Source: Minisyncoccota bacterium
Lineage (GTDB): Bacteria; Patescibacteriota; Minisyncoccia; UBA6257; HR35
DNA length: 64,000 nt
NCBI GenBank assembly: GCA_032249155.1
Contig: JAVVGJ010000002.1
Span: 10,836-74,835, forward strand
Direction of reading: 5' to 3'
The notes under the pieces were generated by a model. It ran no database searches. It was not told the DNA's origin and worked only from the letters and a program-made list of their open reading frames with translations. A program made the translations under genes and the position numbers. Positions 40,707 to 49,789 of the stretch are shown here, in pieces. Each line of letters starts with the position of its first letter. Position 1 is the first letter of the stretch.

Positions 40707-40715
40707 ATTATAACA
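40707..40715 (-). promoter_or_regulatory. Extended -10 promoter; probable leaderless dsbA-rtcB mRNA
   Basis: TGTTATAAT followed by 6 nt then ATG. Confidence 0.62.
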
Positions 40716-40733
40716 CAGCAGTCTTCTAAGTTA

Positions 40734-41834
40734 TTATTTGCTGTAGTATTGAGTAATTTGTTCTGGAACTTTAATTCCTTCAATTTCAACTAAAGGATTG
40801 AAGGAATTAGATGAATATTCTTTTATTCGAGAAGCAAAGTAATCTTTATCATATTTCTCCCAATTTGCATTTAAGTATAAAGTAAGTTCTTCAGCACCAT
40901 CGATAAGATTAGGCACTATTTTAATAGTCTCATAACTTGTTCTTCTATCTTTCAAATCAACACTTAAAAAAGATTTCGAACCTTTACTTGGTAATGCAAG
41001 GTAAAAATTTCCATTATTATCTAATAAATAACTCACAAAATATTTCTTGTCTATTTCTTTTTTATTTTCTGGAAGATTCAAAATACTAAAGATAAAATCA
41101 TAATTTCCTTCGCCTGTTTTTCTTTCTCTTATAAGGCTCACAGAGATACTCATAGAGAAGCCGCCTTTTCTATAACCAGTAAATTTGCTTACATTGAATC
41201 TCAAAAATTCTTCTAAATTATCAGGGCTAAATGATTGATTAGTTTTGTAACTAACAGTTTTGTTAGGCACTAAATATTTAGTCCCAGGTAAATAAAATGG
41301 GCCAGTTAGTGTGACTACAGGACAACTACGTGTTAAACTATCTTTGGGATAAATGTTAAAAAGAAGGAAGAAATAATTTTCTGTTGAAGCATTTTCAAAT
41401 TCTAGATTAATATTTCTAGTTTCATATGGTTTTAATTTTATTGGTTGAGTTACATTTGAAGCTTGATAAAATTCTCCGGTATTAGAAATAAGATAAACGT
41501 TAAATGGTTTTAATTCTGGTTCGTTTAATACTTCATAACCACTAACCAGAGGAAATTCATTTTTAGTGTTGTTTTTAACAACTAAATTCAAAGAAATTTT
41601 TCCTTCTTCTTCGTTAAAATCTGTAAGTGTAAATCCAACGTCTTTTGAAATTTTAGTTTCGCATGAATAAAGAACAAAAGGTTTTTTTACTATTACGTAT
41701 TGCGCCCTCTGAGGTAATTTTGCTTCTACTAAAGTAAACGGAGGAATTCGTGAAGACTTTTCTTGGGCAAAAGAAGTGTTAATAAGACTTAAAGATATAA
41801 CCAAAATAGGCAATAAAAATTTAATTTTTTTCAT
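40734..41834 (-). CDS. Secreted hypothetical protein, probably two beta-sandwich domains
   Basis: Signal peptide ending SFA; internal echo VYLISNTGEFY / SYLLDNNGNFY. Confidence 0.65.
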   Translation of the reverse strand: MKKIKFLLPILVISLSLINTSFAQEKSSRIPPFTLVEAKLPQRAQYVIVKKPFVLYSCETKISKDVGFTLTDFNEEEGKISLNLVVKNNTKNEFPLVSGYEVLNEPELKPFNVYLISNTGEFYQASNVTQPIKLKPYETRNINLEFENASTENYFFLLFNIYPKDSLTRSCPVVTLTGPFYLPGTKYLVPNKTVSYKTNQSFSPDNLEEFLRFNVSKFTGYRKGGFSMSISVSLIRERKTGEGNYDFIFSILNLPENKKEIDKKYFVSYLLDNNGNFYLALPSKGSKSFLSVDLKDRRTSYETIKIVPNLIDGAEELTLYLNANWEKYDKDYFASRIKEYSSNSFNPLVEIEGIKVPEQITQYYSK

Positions 41835-41921
41835 TTTTTCTATTTTAATTAATTTCGACTTTTTATCTTATACTTTTTATAGTATCAATTAATTAAAAAT
41901 TTTTCAAGTTCAAATTGTTAA

Positions 41922-43289
41922 ATGGACAAAAGGTTATGGCAAATAATTGAAAAAGAGATTAAAAGACAGGAAGAGACTTTGGAGCTTATTCCTTCAGAAA
42001 ATTTTGTTGATTTAGAAACTTTGTTTATTGTTGGCTCACCGCTAATGAATAAATATGCTGAAGGTTATCCAGGAAAAAGATATTATCCAGGAAATAAATA
42101 TATTGATGAAATTGAAAATTTAGCTAAAGAAAGAGCTTTGAAAGCTTTTAAATTAAATCCAAATGAATGGTCAGTTAATGTTCAGCCTTATTCTGGTTCT
42201 CCAGCAAACTTAGCCGTTTATCTTGGGCTTATAAATCCAGGTGAAACAATTATGGGATTAAATCTTTTTCATGGCGGACATTTAACTCATGGCCATAAAG
42301 TAAGCTATACAGGTAAACTTTTTAATTCAATTCAATATGGAGTTACACCACAGATTAATGCGAATTCTAAACGGATTAATACTGATGAAGATAACCAGCA
42401 GATTAATGCGGATTCTAAACGGATAAAAACGGACAAAAATAATCCGTATAGATCGGTTCCATATCCGAATGAATCCGTGGGCATAGATTTTGACCAGCTT
42501 GAAAAATTAGCTTTGGAGCATAAACCAAAAATTATTATTTCAGGAACAACTGCTTATCCAAGAATTTTAGATTTTAAAAAATTTTATGAAATTTCTAAAA
42601 AAGTTGGCGCTTATCATGTTGCTGACATTGCTCATATTGCTGGACTTGTTATTGCTGGACTCCATCCTTCACCTTTCCCTCATTCTGATGTTGTTACAAT
42701 GACAACTCATAAAACATTAAAAGGACCAAGAGGAGCAGTTATTTTTATGAGAAAAGAATTAGAAGAAAAAATTAATAAATCTGTTTTCCCTGGACTTCAA
42801 GGAGGACCGCATATCCATACTATCGCTGGAATTGCTTACGCATTTGGCAGAGCTTTAAAAAAATACTTTTATAATTATCAAAAACAAATAATTAAAAATT
42901 CAAAAAAATTAGCAGATGAATTAATAAAAAGAGGTTTTGAGCTTTATACTGGTGGAACTGATAATCATTTAATGATGATTGATTTAAAACCTCTTGGTTT
43001 AGATGGAAAAACAGCTGAAGCTTTACTTGAAAAAGCAAATATTATTGCTAACAGGAATTCTCTTCCCTCTGATACATCTCCTTTTAATCCTTCAGGAATT
43101 AGGCTTGGCACTCCAGCAATTACTTCTCGAGGCATGAAAGAAAAGGAAATGATAAAAATTGCTGAATTTTTTGAAAGAATCTTAATCAAAAAAGAAAAAC
43201 CAGAAAAAGTTAAAAAAGAAGTGATAGCTTTAACAAAAAAATTTCCTTTGCCTTATAGAAAGTGGCTGGAGATTGTAAAAAGAATTTAA
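41922..43289 (+). CDS. glyA: Serine hydroxymethyltransferase with an in-frame insertion of about 40 aa
   Basis: LIPSENF, NKYAEGYPG, GGHLTHG, TTHKTL, FPGLQGGP, GGTDNHL, SGIRLGT. Confidence 0.96.
   Translation: MDKRLWQIIEKEIKRQEETLELIPSENFVDLETLFIVGSPLMNKYAEGYPGKRYYPGNKYIDEIENLAKERALKAFKLNPNEWSVNVQPYSGSPANLAVYLGLINPGETIMGLNLFHGGHLTHGHKVSYTGKLFNSIQYGVTPQINANSKRINTDEDNQQINADSKRIKTDKNNPYRSVPYPNESVGIDFDQLEKLALEHKPKIIISGTTAYPRILDFKKFYEISKKVGAYHVADIAHIAGLVIAGLHPSPFPHSDVVTMTTHKTLKGPRGAVIFMRKELEEKINKSVFPGLQGGPHIHTIAGIAYAFGRALKKYFYNYQKQIIKNSKKLADELIKRGFELYTGGTDNHLMMIDLKPLGLDGKTAEALLEKANIIANRNSLPSDTSPFNPSGIRLGTPAITSRGMKEKEMIKIAEFFERILIKKEKPEKVKKEVIALTKKFPLPYRKWLEIVKRI
42348..42480. repeat. Imperfect palindromic mini-element inside glyA
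   Basis: Left arm 42348-42386 matches the reverse complement of 42442-42480 at 27/39 without gaps; left arm duplicated with a 48-nt period. Confidence 0.8.
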
Positions 43290-43291
43290 AA

Positions 43292-43782
43292 TTATTTTTG
43301 ATTTCTTAAATATTTCTTATAATCACCTTTACAAAGTCGAGGCCCAAAAGAGTATGGGTGTAATTTTCTTATTGAAGTTTTTAAAACTCTTTTTAGTCCA
43401 CTATCAGCTATTAATATTTGGATGTCTCTTTTTATAAGTTCTGAAAATTCATAAATTATTTGTCTACATATACCACAAGGACTACTAAGTATTTTCAACT
43501 TAAAATAATCACTTTTTGCTAAAATAAAAATTTTATTAAATTTATAATATCCACTTGTAATTGCGTTCCCGATTACTATCCTTTCAGCACAAATAGAAGT
43601 ATAAGCACAAGTTTCTATATTAACCCCGTAAAAAATCTTATTATTAGTAGCAAGAACAGCAGAGGATACATAAAATTTGGAATAAGGATTATATGAATTA
43701 TCTATTATTTTATCGAGATAATAAAAAATTTCTTTTTCTTTATTGTTTAATTGTTTAAATTATTAAATTTTACTATTTTCAT
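43292..43782 (-). pseudogene. cdd: Cytidine deaminase disrupted by an 8-bp tandem duplication near its 5' end
   Basis: SYNPYSKFYV, GVNIE, ICAER, SPCGICRQ in one frame; ATG at 43782 is out of frame because TTAAACAA occurs twice at 43743-43758. Confidence 0.82.
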
Positions 43783-43996
43783 TTATTTTGAAGATCTCTA
43801 ACGATAACTCTTCTTTTACTAACACCAAGTTTTCTTAATGGACTTTCAGAAAATCCTAAATTAACTTCTATCTTTCCTTCAACCAAACTAAAAATTCGCT
43901 CGAGGTTTTTTGAGAATTTGGTAATTTCTGTGTTCCCCAATACTCTACAAATTCTATCTTCTTTCTTGGTTTTTTACTTTCCAGCTTAAATTCCAT
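43779..43996 (-). pseudogene. Possible degraded small ORF remnant
   Basis: ATG at 43996 behind TGCTATAAT (44013-44021); coding-like stretches alternate between frames. Confidence 0.3.
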
Positions 43997-44051
43997 TTTT
44001 AAGTTTTAAGTAATTATAGCATAAAATTTATCAATTTTTAAAATGTTAGAT

Positions 44052-44945
44052 TTAACCTAATTCTTGCCTTACAATTCCATGAATAATATTTGAATCTGAA
44101 GGAATAATTTTTTCAATATAGTATTTTTCACAAATTGCTTGGGCTATAGCACAGCAAGGTCTTGCTCCATGCATCCATTTAGGATTTTCAGGCATTAGGT
44201 TCTCTAACTCTTTTAATGATATCTTTTCAAAAATTTCTTTATTTTTATTTTTAAAATCTTATAATTCGATTAAAAATGGGTGGTCTTCATCTTCAAATAA
44301 ATTATTTTTCTTTAATGGATAATTAGCAAGTTTCATATAAGTTAGTTCTCCTCCTGTATAAAAAGCAATTTTTGGTTTATTTTGAACCTTGGGCAGTAAA
44401 TTTTTTACATAATTTACAACTTCTTCTAATTTTACTTTTGAAAATTCATCATTAATTTGAGGAAAATCAGTAAGAATTTTACCAACTCCAAAATCTAAAT
44501 TTACTCTTTCGATTGCTTCTTTACCGTACATTACTACAAGTTCTGTCGAGCCTCCGCCAATATTAATTAAAAGCAAGGGTTCATTTAAATTGCATTTTCC
44601 AACAAGAGCCATTTCTAAATAAAAATTCTCTAGATCTTGATCAATAATATTGAAATAAAGACCAGTTCTTAAAAAGACTTCGTCAATAAAATTAACTTTA
44701 GTTTCTGGTGCTAATTTTCTAAAAATTCCTGTAGCATAAAGCCTTATAGGTATATCTTTGTTTTCTTCTTTTACTTTCTCTAAAATTTCAAAAAGTTCTT
44801 TTTTATTTTCTTGAGAAATTCCTTTTTCAGGATCAAAACCTTCTTTAAAATATAAACTTTTTTGAAGCGCTAAACTCAGTTTCCCGTTAGAATATTTATA
44901 AACTTTAACTGTTGATGATCCTATATCTACTAAAATTTTTTCCAT
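44052..44945 (-). pseudogene. Ppx/GppA-like ASKHA-fold phosphatase with an in-frame TAA at 44259-44261
   Basis: VDIGSSTVK, YATGIFRK, NIGGGSTE, YTGGE; frame continues after the stop as DFKNKNKEIF...WMHGARP...SDSNIIHGIVRQELG*. Confidence 0.75.
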
Positions 44946-44960
44946 TTTTATATTAACCCT

Positions 44961-45905
44961 TCATTCAATGAGCTCTTTCATCCTTTCTAAAATTTCTTTC
45001 TTTATTTTATCTTTTTCTTTAAACCGAGATTCATAATAACTCTTAAAAAGAGAATAAAATTCTTCAAAGCTCTTGTCAAATTCTTTAAATGCTTTTTCTT
45101 TTTCTCCGGCCATTATTAGATTAACTGTTTTTGCTAAAAGCCTACTAAACCATTCTTGATATAAAATATCTTTTTCTTCTCTGAGCTTTTCTTTACTCAC
45201 TTTCTTTGCTGATCTGATAATATTTCTTATTTCCTTTTCATATTCTGAGGCTGCTTTAAGATAATCTTCTTTAAAGTCTTTGCTTACTTCAATAACTTTT
45301 TCGTTTTCTATAAGAAAAAATCTTTCAAAGGTTGGTGAATAAGCAAAAGCAAGACCGTCAAAAAATGTAAATCTTGGATCTGACCAAGAAACATAAAGCT
45401 TATTATTTTTAATAAAAAAGTTTATTGGATCCAGGGTAGTTGAAATATCAATTTCTTGGAATTTTTTTATTAGTTTGACATTATCATTTTTGTCAATTAA
45501 AAAAATATAAGGGGTAAAGCAGCAATGCATTCCTCCAGAAGGATCGTAGTTAATAACTAAGTATTTGTTTTCATTGTATTCAAGAGCAAAAATGTTGCTA
45601 ATGAAATAAGCCTTTTCTGATTTAAAAACTCTTCTATCTTTACTATATATTTCAAAATAAGCATCCCGAGAACCAAGTCTCTTTGAAGAATTTGGTAAAA
45701 CTTTAATTTTTACATTTCCTATTTCGTATTCTCTAAGATAAGGCTCATCCCACAAAGAAAATCTATCAAGTATTATGATTCTAAAATTGACACCTTTATT
45801 TACTTTATTTTTTTCTAAAGAAAGGCTCAGCCTTGAAAGAGTAAAAGAAGTTAAAACTAAAATAACTAAAAAGAAAACTTTTAGCTTACTAAAAGCATTT
45901 AACAT
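44961..45905 (-). CDS. Secreted or membrane-anchored hypothetical protein
   Basis: N-terminal hydrophobic helix; SGGMHCC motif; helical C-terminus. Confidence 0.65.
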   Translation of the reverse strand: MLNAFSKLKVFFLVILVLTSFTLSRLSLSLEKNKVNKGVNFRIIILDRFSLWDEPYLREYEIGNVKIKVLPNSSKRLGSRDAYFEIYSKDRRVFKSEKAYFISNIFALEYNENKYLVINYDPSGGMHCCFTPYIFLIDKNDNVKLIKKFQEIDISTTLDPINFFIKNNKLYVSWSDPRFTFFDGLAFAYSPTFERFFLIENEKVIEVSKDFKEDYLKAASEYEKEIRNIIRSAKKVSKEKLREEKDILYQEWFSRLLAKTVNLIMAGEKEKAFKEFDKSFEEFYSLFKSYYESRFKEKDKIKKEILERMKELIE

Positions 45906-45911
45906 CCTCCA

Positions 45912-46184
45912 TTAAATTACATGGACGATTTTTTTCCAAATTTTTTTACCACTGAAGGTTGTTTTTCTTAAAGTTTTAAATTTAACTCTTCCTGCTTTGA
46001 GTGCGTATAAAGTATCATCTCTTCCCTTAGCTACATTTTTACCAGGTAAAAATTTTGTGCCTCTTTGCCGAACAATTACCATACCAGGAAAAACAATTTC
46101 ACCATCATGTACTTTCACTCCTAGATATTTTGGATTAGAATCTCTTCCTGTTTTAACTGATCCTCCTGCTTTTTTTGTTGCCAT
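45912..46184 (-). CDS. rpmA: 50S ribosomal protein L27
   Basis: [28 protein letters not shown]. Confidence 0.97.
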   Translation of the reverse strand: MATKKAGGSVKTGRDSNPKYLGVKVHDGEIVFPGMVIVRQRGTKFLPGKNVAKGRDDTLYALKAGRVKFKTLRKTTFSGKKIWKKIVHVI

Positions 46185-46213
46185 TTTTTTTAAATTGCTT
46201 CTTAATTATCTTA

Positions 46214-46222
46214 ATTATACCA
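46214..46222 (-). promoter_or_regulatory. Extended -10 promoter for rpmA, overlapping the rpoC stop codon
   Basis: TGGTATAAT. Confidence 0.6.
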
Positions 46223-49200
46223 CATTACTTTCTTTGAGATATCTTTTTCTAAATTCCTCTCCAATAACAGGCTTTTTACCTATAATCACATTTTCTTTTA
46301 TTCCTCTAAGCTTATCTTCTCTGCATTCTAAAGCAGATCTTACTAAGGCACGTGAAGTTTCTTGAAAAGAAGCTGCAGAGAGAAAGCTATAAGGCGTAGA
46401 AGCAACCTTTTTGATGCCCATAAGAAGAAGAACGGCTTTTGCTGGTTTAAGGCCATTTTTAATTAGCTCTCTATTTTTTTCAATAAACATATCTTTTTCA
46501 ACTATTTCTCCAATAACAAAATCTGAATCTCCAGGATCTATAACTCTTACTCGAGAGAACATTTTTCTTATGACAAGCTCAATATATTTTTCATGGATAT
46601 CAGCTCCCTGATTGCTATAAACACTTCTTACCTCATTTAAAATGTACTTGAAGGCAGCGATTTTACCTTTAAGACGATAAATAGCTTTAGGATCAATAAT
46701 ACCTTCATTCAAAAGATCTCCTTTTTCAACTATTTGTCCCTTTTTAACTAAAAGTCTAAATTTGCTTGGAATCTTTAAGGAAATTTCTTTATTTCTTGTT
46801 CCTCTAATTTTCACTAAATTATATTTAGGAAATTCTCTAATTTCAACAACCTTTCCTTTGATAGGTGAAAGAACTGCTTCAGAACGAGGAGTAATAGCTT
46901 CAAAAAGTTCTTTTATTCTTGGAAGATCTTGAGTAATATCTTTTGCTGAAATAACACCACCAGCATGGAAAGATCTTAAAACGAATTGAGTTAATCTTTC
47001 TCCAATAGAATGTGTAGCAATAAGACCAACAGCTTCTCCGAGTCTTACAGGTTGGTGTGTACTAAGATCTAACCCATAACATTTTTGACAAACACCATAA
47101 AGAGTTTTACAAGTAAAAACAGACCTTACTTTAACTTGAGAAATAGAGCTTTCTTTATCAATAATTCTAGAAAGTTCATAAGTGATATATTCTCCTTTTT
47201 TTACAATAACTTCTCCTTGAGAGTTTTTAATATCTTCCAAAGCAGTTCGAGAGAAAAGGGCGTCGCCAAAACTCACACCTCTTCTTTGAGCTTCTTCTCG
47301 AGTAATCACAATACCTTCTTCGGTTCCGCAATCAACTTCTCTTACAATTAAATCGTCAAGAGCAGAAGCTAAAATTCTGGTAAGATATCCTGAGTGAGGT
47401 GTTTTTAAAGCTTTATCAGCTACACCTTTTCTAGCTCCGTGGGTAGAACTGAAATATTCTAAAGGAGTTAACCCTGTCTTATAAGAGTGAGAAATAGCTA
47501 AGTCGATTGGTTCGTTAGTTGGTGTTTTAACCACACCTTTAAAAGCAACCATTTGTGCTAACTGATCGTAGCTTCCTCTAGCTCCAGCGTCTATCATAAG
47601 TCTAGCATTATTAGTTAGAGAGATATTTTCTTTAATATCTTTTTCTATTTCTACTTTAGCTCTCACCCAAATTTCTTGAAGCTTTAAATTTTTTTCTTCT
47701 CGGCTTAAGAAACCGTTATGATAAGCTTCCAAGACTTTATTATGTTCATCTAAAGCTTTCTCTAAGATTTCTTCAAGTTTTGGTGGTGATTCTAAATCGC
47801 TAATGCTTAAAGTAATACCAGCTTCAGTTACATACTTGAAACCTAGTTCTTTAAGGTTATCTAAAACGATACTTAATCTTTCCACGCCGTAAATTTCTAA
47901 AATTCTAAGAAGGATAGGGTTAATAGTCTTTTTATTTATCGCTTCGTTTACAAATGGAAAATCTGATGGTAAGTTTTGATTAAAAATTATTCTTCCTACT
48001 GTAGTTTCAATATTTTCTTCATTTTTTACCTTTCTTACTTTTATTTTTGCTTGAAGACTTATTATTTTATTTTCATAAGCCAAAATAGCATCTTTTTCAT
48101 CATTAAAAATTTTACCTTCGCCTTTTTGGTTTGGAAGTTCTAAGGTCAAGTAGTAAAGACCAGCAATCATATCCTTATCAGGTCTAGCTTCAACCATTCC
48201 TGTACCAGGTCTTAAAACATTTAAGGCAGCATTCATAAGTTCTCTAGCTTCTCTTTGAGCTTCAGAAGAAAGTGGTAAAAAGCATCCCATTTGATCTCCA
48301 TCAAAGTCAGCATTATAACCAGAACAAACAAGAGGAGGAATTTTAATAGCTAAACCTTCTGTCAAAATAGGCTTAAAAGCTAAAAAGCTAAGTTTATGAA
48401 GAGTTGGTGGGCGGTTTAAAAGAACATATTTGTCTTTTATCACTCTTTCCAAAGCAGCTACAGCTTCTGGGCTCATTGTTTCAATAAGATAATTGGCTCT
48501 TTTAGAAGTAGTAACTATTCCCTCTTTAAGAAGCTCATGGATAATAAATGGTTTAAAGATTTCTAAAGCCATTTTTTTAGGCAAACCACACTCATTGATT
48601 CTTAAATTAGGATCAACAACAATAACTGATCTTCCAGAATAATCAACTCTTTTTCCCAAGAGATTTTGTCTAAATCTTCCTTCTTTACCTTTCAAAAAGT
48701 CTCCTAAAGATTTAAGAACTTTTCTTTGTCCAACAACAATTTTTTCTTTCTTCAAAGAAGCATCAAGTAAAGCATCAACAGCTTCTTGAAGCATTCTTTT
48801 TTCGTTTCTTAAAATTATTTCTGGTGCTTTAATTTCTATAAGTCTTTTAAGACGATTATTTCTATTGATAATTCTTCGATAAAGATCGTTAAGATCAGAA
48901 GAGGCAATTTTTCCTTCTTTTAGTTGAACAATTGGTCTTATATCTGGAGGTACTACTGGTAAAATAGTCAAAATCATCCATTCTGGTCTTCTTCCGTGTT
49001 TGATAAAAGCATTAATAAACTTTAGTTTCAAAGAAAGAATTTTCTTTTCCTTAGAATCTGCTTTAGCTAATTTTTTAATAGTTTCTTCTCTTAATTTTTC
49101 CAAATCAATTTCTTCTAAAAACTTTCTAATAGGTTCTGCTCCCATATCTACCTCAAAAATACCAGGATATTTTTTAGAGAAGTAGAAATACTCGGCATCA

Positions 49201-49787
49201 GATAAAACTTTCTTTGGTTTCAAAGAGTTAAGTTCTTCTTTAATTTGTTTGTAAATTTCTTGTCTTTGCTTTTTTTCTTCCTTTGATTCTGCTTGAGCTA
49301 AAAATTCTTTATATTCTTTTTCTACTTCTTCTAAAAGCTTTTTCTTTTTTTCTTCATCAACGCGAGTAATAATGTAAGCAGAATAATAAATAACCCTTTC
49401 TAAATCTTTCAAAGGTATGTCTAAAAATATTTTCAAAGGATAAGGATAAACTTTTAAGTACCAAATATGAGAAACAGGTGTTACTAAAGTAATATGCCCC
49501 ATTCTTTCTTTTCTTACCGAAGAATGAGTTACTTCTACTCCGCATCTTTCACAAACAATACCCCTAACTTGAGGTTTTTTATATTTCCCACAAGCGCACT
49601 CAAAATCTTTCATAGGACCAAAAATAACCTCAGAGAAAAGACCTTGTCTATCTGGCTTACCAGTTCGATAGTTAATTGTTTCTGGTTTTAAAACTTCACC
49701 GTGGCTCCAGCTTAAAATCTCTTCAGGAGAAGCTATCTTTAAAACTAAACTTTCTATTTCTGAAGTTGGTTTTTTAATAATAGACAT
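46215..49787 (-). CDS. rpoC: RNA polymerase beta' subunit
   Basis: NADFDGDQM, GKRVDYSGRSVI, Zn ribbon, SAASFQET. Confidence 0.98.
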   Translation of the reverse strand: MSIIKKPTSEIESLVLKIASPEEILSWSHGEVLKPETINYRTGKPDRQGLFSEVIFGPMKDFECACGKYKKPQVRGIVCERCGVEVTHSSVRKERMGHITLVTPVSHIWYLKVYPYPLKIFLDIPLKDLERVIYYSAYIITRVDEEKKKKLLEEVEKEYKEFLAQAESKEEKKQRQEIYKQIKEELNSLKPKKVLSDAEYFYFSKKYPGIFEVDMGAEPIRKFLEEIDLEKLREETIKKLAKADSKEKKILSLKLKFINAFIKHGRRPEWMILTILPVVPPDIRPIVQLKEGKIASSDLNDLYRRIINRNNRLKRLIEIKAPEIILRNEKRMLQEAVDALLDASLKKEKIVVGQRKVLKSLGDFLKGKEGRFRQNLLGKRVDYSGRSVIVVDPNLRINECGLPKKMALEIFKPFIIHELLKEGIVTTSKRANYLIETMSPEAVAALERVIKDKYVLLNRPPTLHKLSFLAFKPILTEGLAIKIPPLVCSGYNADFDGDQMGCFLPLSSEAQREARELMNAALNVLRPGTGMVEARPDKDMIAGLYYLTLELPNQKGEGKIFNDEKDAILAYENKIISLQAKIKVRKVKNEENIETTVGRIIFNQNLPSDFPFVNEAINKKTINPILLRILEIYGVERLSIVLDNLKELGFKYVTEAGITLSISDLESPPKLEEILEKALDEHNKVLEAYHNGFLSREEKNLKLQEIWVRAKVEIEKDIKENISLTNNARLMIDAGARGSYDQLAQMVAFKGVVKTPTNEPIDLAISHSYKTGLTPLEYFSSTHGARKGVADKALKTPHSGYLTRILASALDDLIVREVDCGTEEGIVITREEAQRRGVSFGDALFSRTALEDIKNSQGEVIVKKGEYITYELSRIIDKESSISQVKVRSVFTCKTLYGVCQKCYGLDLSTHQPVRLGEAVGLIATHSIGERLTQFVLRSFHAGGVISAKDITQDLPRIKELFEAITPRSEAVLSPIKGKVVEIREFPKYNLVKIRGTRNKEISLKIPSKFRLLVKKGQIVEKGDLLNEGIIDPKAIYRLKGKIAAFKYILNEVRSVYSNQGADIHEKYIELVIRKMFSRVRVIDPGDSDFVIGEIVEKDMFIEKNRELIKNGLKPAKAVLLLMGIKKVASTPYSFLSAASFQETSRALVRSALECREDKLRGIKENVIIGKKPVIGEEFRKRYLKESNVV

Positions 49788-49789
49788 TT

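Noticed and set aside
42348-42480. Intein or self-splicing intron in glyA
   Set aside because: Too short; no C-terminal HN or intron core motifs; the reading frame is preserved
44259-44261. Stop-codon reassignment explaining the internal stop
   Set aside because: TAA, TAG and TGA all terminate conserved genes in this window; a nonsense mutation is simpler
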